This document shows, piece after piece, positions 61,401 through 64,000 of a stretch of DNA of 64,000 nucleotides. Origin of the DNA: Alphaproteobacteria bacterium (GTDB taxonomy: Bacteria; Pseudomonadota; Alphaproteobacteria; MPNO01); assembly GCA_965248835.1 (NCBI GenBank), contig CBDFLJ010000001.1, positions 1,088,001 to 1,152,000 on the forward strand. The letters run 5' to 3'. Below the pieces are notes generated by a model. The model did no database searches, was not told where the DNA came from, and worked only from the letters and a program-made list of their open reading frames with translations. A program made the translations under genes and the position numbers. Position 1 is the first letter of the stretch. Every line of letters begins with the position of its first letter.

Positions 61401-62500
61401 GGCAGACCGATCGAGGCGTCGCCCTCGTCGATGGCCCGGCAGAGATCGTCGATGGCCGACCAGTAGCGCGAGGCGCTGGCGGAGAACACGTCGTCCACGT
61501 CCTTGCGACGACCGACATCGCCGCGAATTTTCTCGCGCAGCGCGTAATCGTCGTAGCGTGAGTCGCGCACCGGCAGCAGGTCGCGGTCTTCGGCATAGAG
61601 AATGAACAACAGCCGGTAGAGAAGGACCAAGGCGGCCTCGCGCACATCCTCCAACGGTGCGTCGGGCGCGGCGATGGCGATGGCTCGGGCAAGGCCCGGA
61701 AAGACCTGGCCGAAGACCAGATCGGAGAGACTCGCGGCGACACGCTCCTCGTAGAACCTGCCTTCCTCGATCGCGCGCTGATGGAACGTGCGAGGATCAC
61801 CGGCGGCGGGCAGGAAAGCCTCCCGCCGGAAGACAAGAGTGAACACCTTCAGGCCGTGACGGCGTTCCGCCTCGGTGAGGGCGAACAGGCCGTCATTGTG
61901 GCCGGGAAGATCGAGAAGCGCCGCGAGATCAGCCTCGAAGAACTGTTCCGAGACCGACCGGGCGCCCTGGTAGTAGAGCCGCCAATGCATCCCGTTGGTG
62001 AGGACGCCCCAGCGCAGCTTGCCGGTCGTCAGGTCGTCAACCCGCCGCAGATAGCGGAGCATCTGAGTCGACGGCGCGGTCTGCTCGCCCGCGCGGTCCG
62101 ACCGGCGGTCGAGCGGTCGAAGCCAGCGCTTGGACTCCACGATCGCGAGCCCGAACTCGTAGCGCCGCCATTCCTCGGCAAGATCGTTCGCGCGGTCCTT
62201 CATCGCATCGTCCGCGAATAGCAGACCGTCGGGAACGTCCTCGCGGCCGCGGGTGCTGAGATTCTGCTGCCGCAGGCTGGCCGTCCATCCGAGACACGCC
62301 AGCACGGGCCAGATCAGATCATCCTCGGTCTGGCTTTCGTTAGGTGTCTGGGTGGTGGGAAAGCGGTCGAAAACCGCTCGCAGTGCGCCTTCGAGCTCAT
62401 CTACGGATGAGTCGTTCAGGTCTCGCCAATCGGGCAGCGCGACAATCGACTCGCCAAGGAAATCGTTGGCGAACAGATTTCCGCGAAAAGCGTTCTCCAT
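58442..62500 (-). CDS. Type IIG (Eco57I-like) fused restriction endonuclease/N6-adenine methyltransferase
   Basis: N-terminal PD...ESK nuclease motif, LTNG..WRLY, YNGGLF, LGSIYERLL, GSYYTP, DPAMGSGHFL (motif I), GNPPW (motif IV), C-terminal TRD. Confidence 0.92.
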   Translation of the reverse strand: MENAFRGNLFANDFLGESIVALPDWRDLNDSSVDELEGALRAVFDRFPTTQTPNESQTEDDLIWPVLACLGWTASLRQQNLSTRGREDVPDGLLFADDAMKDRANDLAEEWRRYEFGLAIVESKRWLRPLDRRSDRAGEQTAPSTQMLRYLRRVDDLTTGKLRWGVLTNGMHWRLYYQGARSVSEQFFEADLAALLDLPGHNDGLFALTEAERRHGLKVFTLVFRREAFLPAAGDPRTFHQRAIEEGRFYEERVAASLSDLVFGQVFPGLARAIAIAAPDAPLEDVREAALVLLYRLLFILYAEDRDLLPVRDSRYDDYALREKIRGDVGRRKDVDDVFSASASRYWSAIDDLCRAIDEGDASIGLPPYNGGLFDRERTPLLGRVRLSDEVMAAVIDALSFERTPEGRRYINYRDLGVQQLGSIYERLLEHEIVRDGDGIAVRPNIFARKGSGSYYTPDDLVGLIIRETIEPLVSSRMAAFAAGVSERATVALPMDRLIGRLKRLDPAEKLLELKVCDPAMGSGHFLVNLVDYLADRVIAAMAEAEAAVDGYVSPLTERIDVIRSTITANARERGWTIDPARLDDRHIVRRMVLKRCIYGVDKNPMAVELAKVALWLHTFTVGAPLSFLDHHLRCGDSLFGAWARSGIDKATAFGSPLLLHASVTRAERAARSMQTIESLTDAEIAEAHRSAVAFAEVEEMTAPLDAVLSLVHAIDWLDVRDRDGKTALQAFFGGQFGDPIDITLGKVAPLAEHRESERFAGLLNEIRQLVSEERFLNWQAAFPGVWSNWQSASLHDGFDAVIGNPPWDRMKLQQVEWFAARRREIAIAQRAADRKRLIADLEKAGDALAKDFSLASERAAAAVRVARSLGDYPLLSGGDVNLYSLFVERAMTLVKPHGMVGLLTPSGIASDKTAAKFFKGVATEGRLRTLYDFENKKVFFPDVHASFKFCVFIAGRTQMDEPANCAFYLHDVAELDDPERCFPLTPVDFARVNPNTGTAPIFRTRRDAKLTTTIYERLPVLVDRSLGKEVKAWPVKYTRMFDMTNDSGLFRTREELEEKEGAWSVGGNRFDSPTGAWVPLYVGRMIHQFDHRAASIEANAENLHNPALSDKITLEQKANPNFTPIPQYWVPASNVSFPHGLKWTIAFRDIARATDARTMIASAVPLVGLGNTAPAIFLEDMHSDRSAALLLANFGAVVLDFVVRRKAQSTHLNWYIVEQLPIVLPEQYRSIRFGPKTAGEIVREAVLELTYTAHDMAPFARDMGHVDETGAVLPPFSWDEERRLHLRAKLDAVFFHLYGVTDRDDVRHVFSTFPIVERQQTDAYGGYRSRDLCLAWMNALAAGDPAAKIDL

Positions 62501-62808
62501 GCTCACGCGCCGATCATCTCCGAATTGACTCCTTCCACACTGTGTCACGGCACCGGCAAAGTCGCCCGCCTCCAATCGGGCGTCCTCCACGCCGCAAGAA
62601 ATCGGCTGGCGCGAGCGGCCCCGACGCGCTATCGGCGCGCACGCCGCCGCCGGACATTACCCGAGCATGCCGGCGATCCCGTCGGCGAGGGGCACCGACG
62701 GACGGTCCATATCCGCGCGCCCACGGCTTGCTATGTGCCTATGCACATAGATCCGCGGCCGGCCGCTTCATTTTGGCCTCGAACGGCTTGTCGTTTGTGG
62801 GCCGCATG

Positions 62809-62901
62809 TGAGCATCAAAACGCCTTTTGGATCACTTTTCTCCTAAAATCGAGACACAAAATATTTCCTGTGTCGTCTCTGAGCATCAAAAAAACCGCCT
62901 T
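62809..62901. promoter_or_regulatory. AT-rich regulatory-like element: direct repeats flanking an inverted repeat
   Basis: TGAGCATCAAAA at 62809 and 62880, each followed by CGCCTT; GACACA-N10-TGTGTC at 62853-62874. Confidence 0.5.
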
Positions 62902-63060
62902 CCCTCCCGCAACGTTCAGGAGGGCCGGAGGCCGAGGACGACGCGCCTGTCTTCGGCCGGCCGCGTCTCCATCCGCGCGGTGCCGTCGATTGCTTTCTTT
63001 CCTTGACAGGCAGGGCCGAACTTGGGCGTGGTCCCGGAAACCATCAACGGGGGGCGAGCG

Positions 63061-63945
63061 ATGGCCCGGGACCGCGGTGACGGCGGGTTCCACAGCGTGT
63101 GGTCGGACCTGCAGGGGGTGGCGTTCCAGCAGGGCTACGCCGAGGCCGGCGGGATCAGAACCCGCTACCTGCACGCGGGCACGCCGGGCAGCCCGGGCCT
63201 GATCTTCCTGCACGGCACCGGCGGGCATGCCGAAGCCTATGTGCGCAACCTCGCCGCGCACGCGCCCCATTTCGACACCTACGCCATCGACATGCTCGGC
63301 CACGGCTATACCGACAAGCCGGACTACGATTACGAGATCCCGCGCTACCTCGAGCATCTGCTGGCGTTCATCGACGCGGTGGGCATCGGCAAGGTCTCGC
63401 TGTCCGGCGAATCGCTGGGCGGCTGGGTTGCCGGCGCCTTCGCCGTCGCCCATCCCGAGCGCGTCGACCGGCTGGTGCTCAACACCGCCGGCGCCGACAA
63501 GGTCAAGCCGGACGCGCTGGCCGCCCTGCGCGCCTCGACCCAGGACTCGGTCGACGACCCGAGCTGGGAACGGGTGCGCAAGCGCCTGGAATGGCTCATG
63601 TTCGACCCCGCCGACGTCCATGACGATCTGGTGGCGAGCCGTCGGCGCATCTATTCGGCACCCGAGATGAAAGCGGGCATCCGCCGGGTGCTGTGCCTGC
63701 ACACGATCGCTGCACGCAAAGCCTTTGCCGTCACCCCCGAGCAATGGGGCGCGATCACCGCGCCGACCCTGGTGCTGTGGACCTCCCACGACCCGACGGC
63801 CGCGGTTCCGGTCGGCGAGGAGCTCGCGGCGATGATCCCGGGCGCGCGGTTCGCGGTGATGCGCGATTGCGGGCACTGGCCCCAGTTCGAGGACCCGGAG
63901 ACCTTCAACCGCATCCATCTCGATTTTCTCCTGGATCGATCCTGA
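63061..63945 (+). CDS. Alpha/beta hydrolase, meta-cleavage product (MhpC/BphD-like) hydrolase family
   Basis: FLHGTGGH, DMLGHG.TDKP, GESLGG nucleophile, RLVL, HDP, CGHWPQFE.P..FN. Confidence 0.88.
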   Translation: MARDRGDGGFHSVWSDLQGVAFQQGYAEAGGIRTRYLHAGTPGSPGLIFLHGTGGHAEAYVRNLAAHAPHFDTYAIDMLGHGYTDKPDYDYEIPRYLEHLLAFIDAVGIGKVSLSGESLGGWVAGAFAVAHPERVDRLVLNTAGADKVKPDALAALRASTQDSVDDPSWERVRKRLEWLMFDPADVHDDLVASRRRIYSAPEMKAGIRRVLCLHTIAARKAFAVTPEQWGAITAPTLVLWTSHDPTAAVPVGEELAAMIPGARFAVMRDCGHWPQFEDPETFNRIHLDFLLDRS

Positions 63946-63973
63946 CAGCCGCAGATTGACGAAAGGCAGGACG

Positions 63974-64000
63974 ATGAGCGACGGACCTCCCCCGATGGAC
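63974..64000 (+). CDS. Possible start of the next gene (truncated by window end)
   Basis: GAAAGGCAGGA then ATG, 28 nt after the hydrolase stop; too short to identify. Confidence 0.4.

Noticed and set aside
57300-62600. Integrative element, prophage or IS around vapBC-RM
   Set aside because: No integrase, transposase, tRNA target or terminal inverted repeats visible.

Overview
GC-rich (roughly 70% by eye) alphaproteobacterial chromosome segment, probably Rhodospirillales-like (inferred from gene order). Bases 1-14.3 kb are conserved housekeeping genes: ruvB 3' end, ybgC-tolQRAB-pal-cpoB, tilS, ftsH, folP, glmM, thiD, a MarR regulator and ilvE. From about 14.3 to 57.2 kb lies a scrambled catabolic region that looks aimed at aromatic and N-heteroaromatic compounds. 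It holds three Mo-hydroxylase large subunits but one small/medium pair, two UbiD decarboxylases, three Rieske oxygenases, a TdnQ/AtdA1-like glutamylation plus dioxygenase module, a divergent PyrK/PyrD(1B) pair, three SDRs, hydrolases and transporters. From 57.4 to 62.5 kb is a small defence patch: vapBC, a degenerate duplicate of a Rieske gene fragment, and a type IIG restriction-modification gene. Main hidden signals: (1) a DsbA/FrnE-family selenoprotein with an in-frame TGA in UPWC and a clear SECIS-like hairpin, missed by the ORF track, heading the glutamylation-dioxygenase operon; (2) an M20-fold protein that has lost essentially all canonical metal ligands; (3) a family-1B dihydroorotate dehydrogenase paralog with altered substrate-binding residues. 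All product calls rest on motif recognition by eye; no database searches were run.
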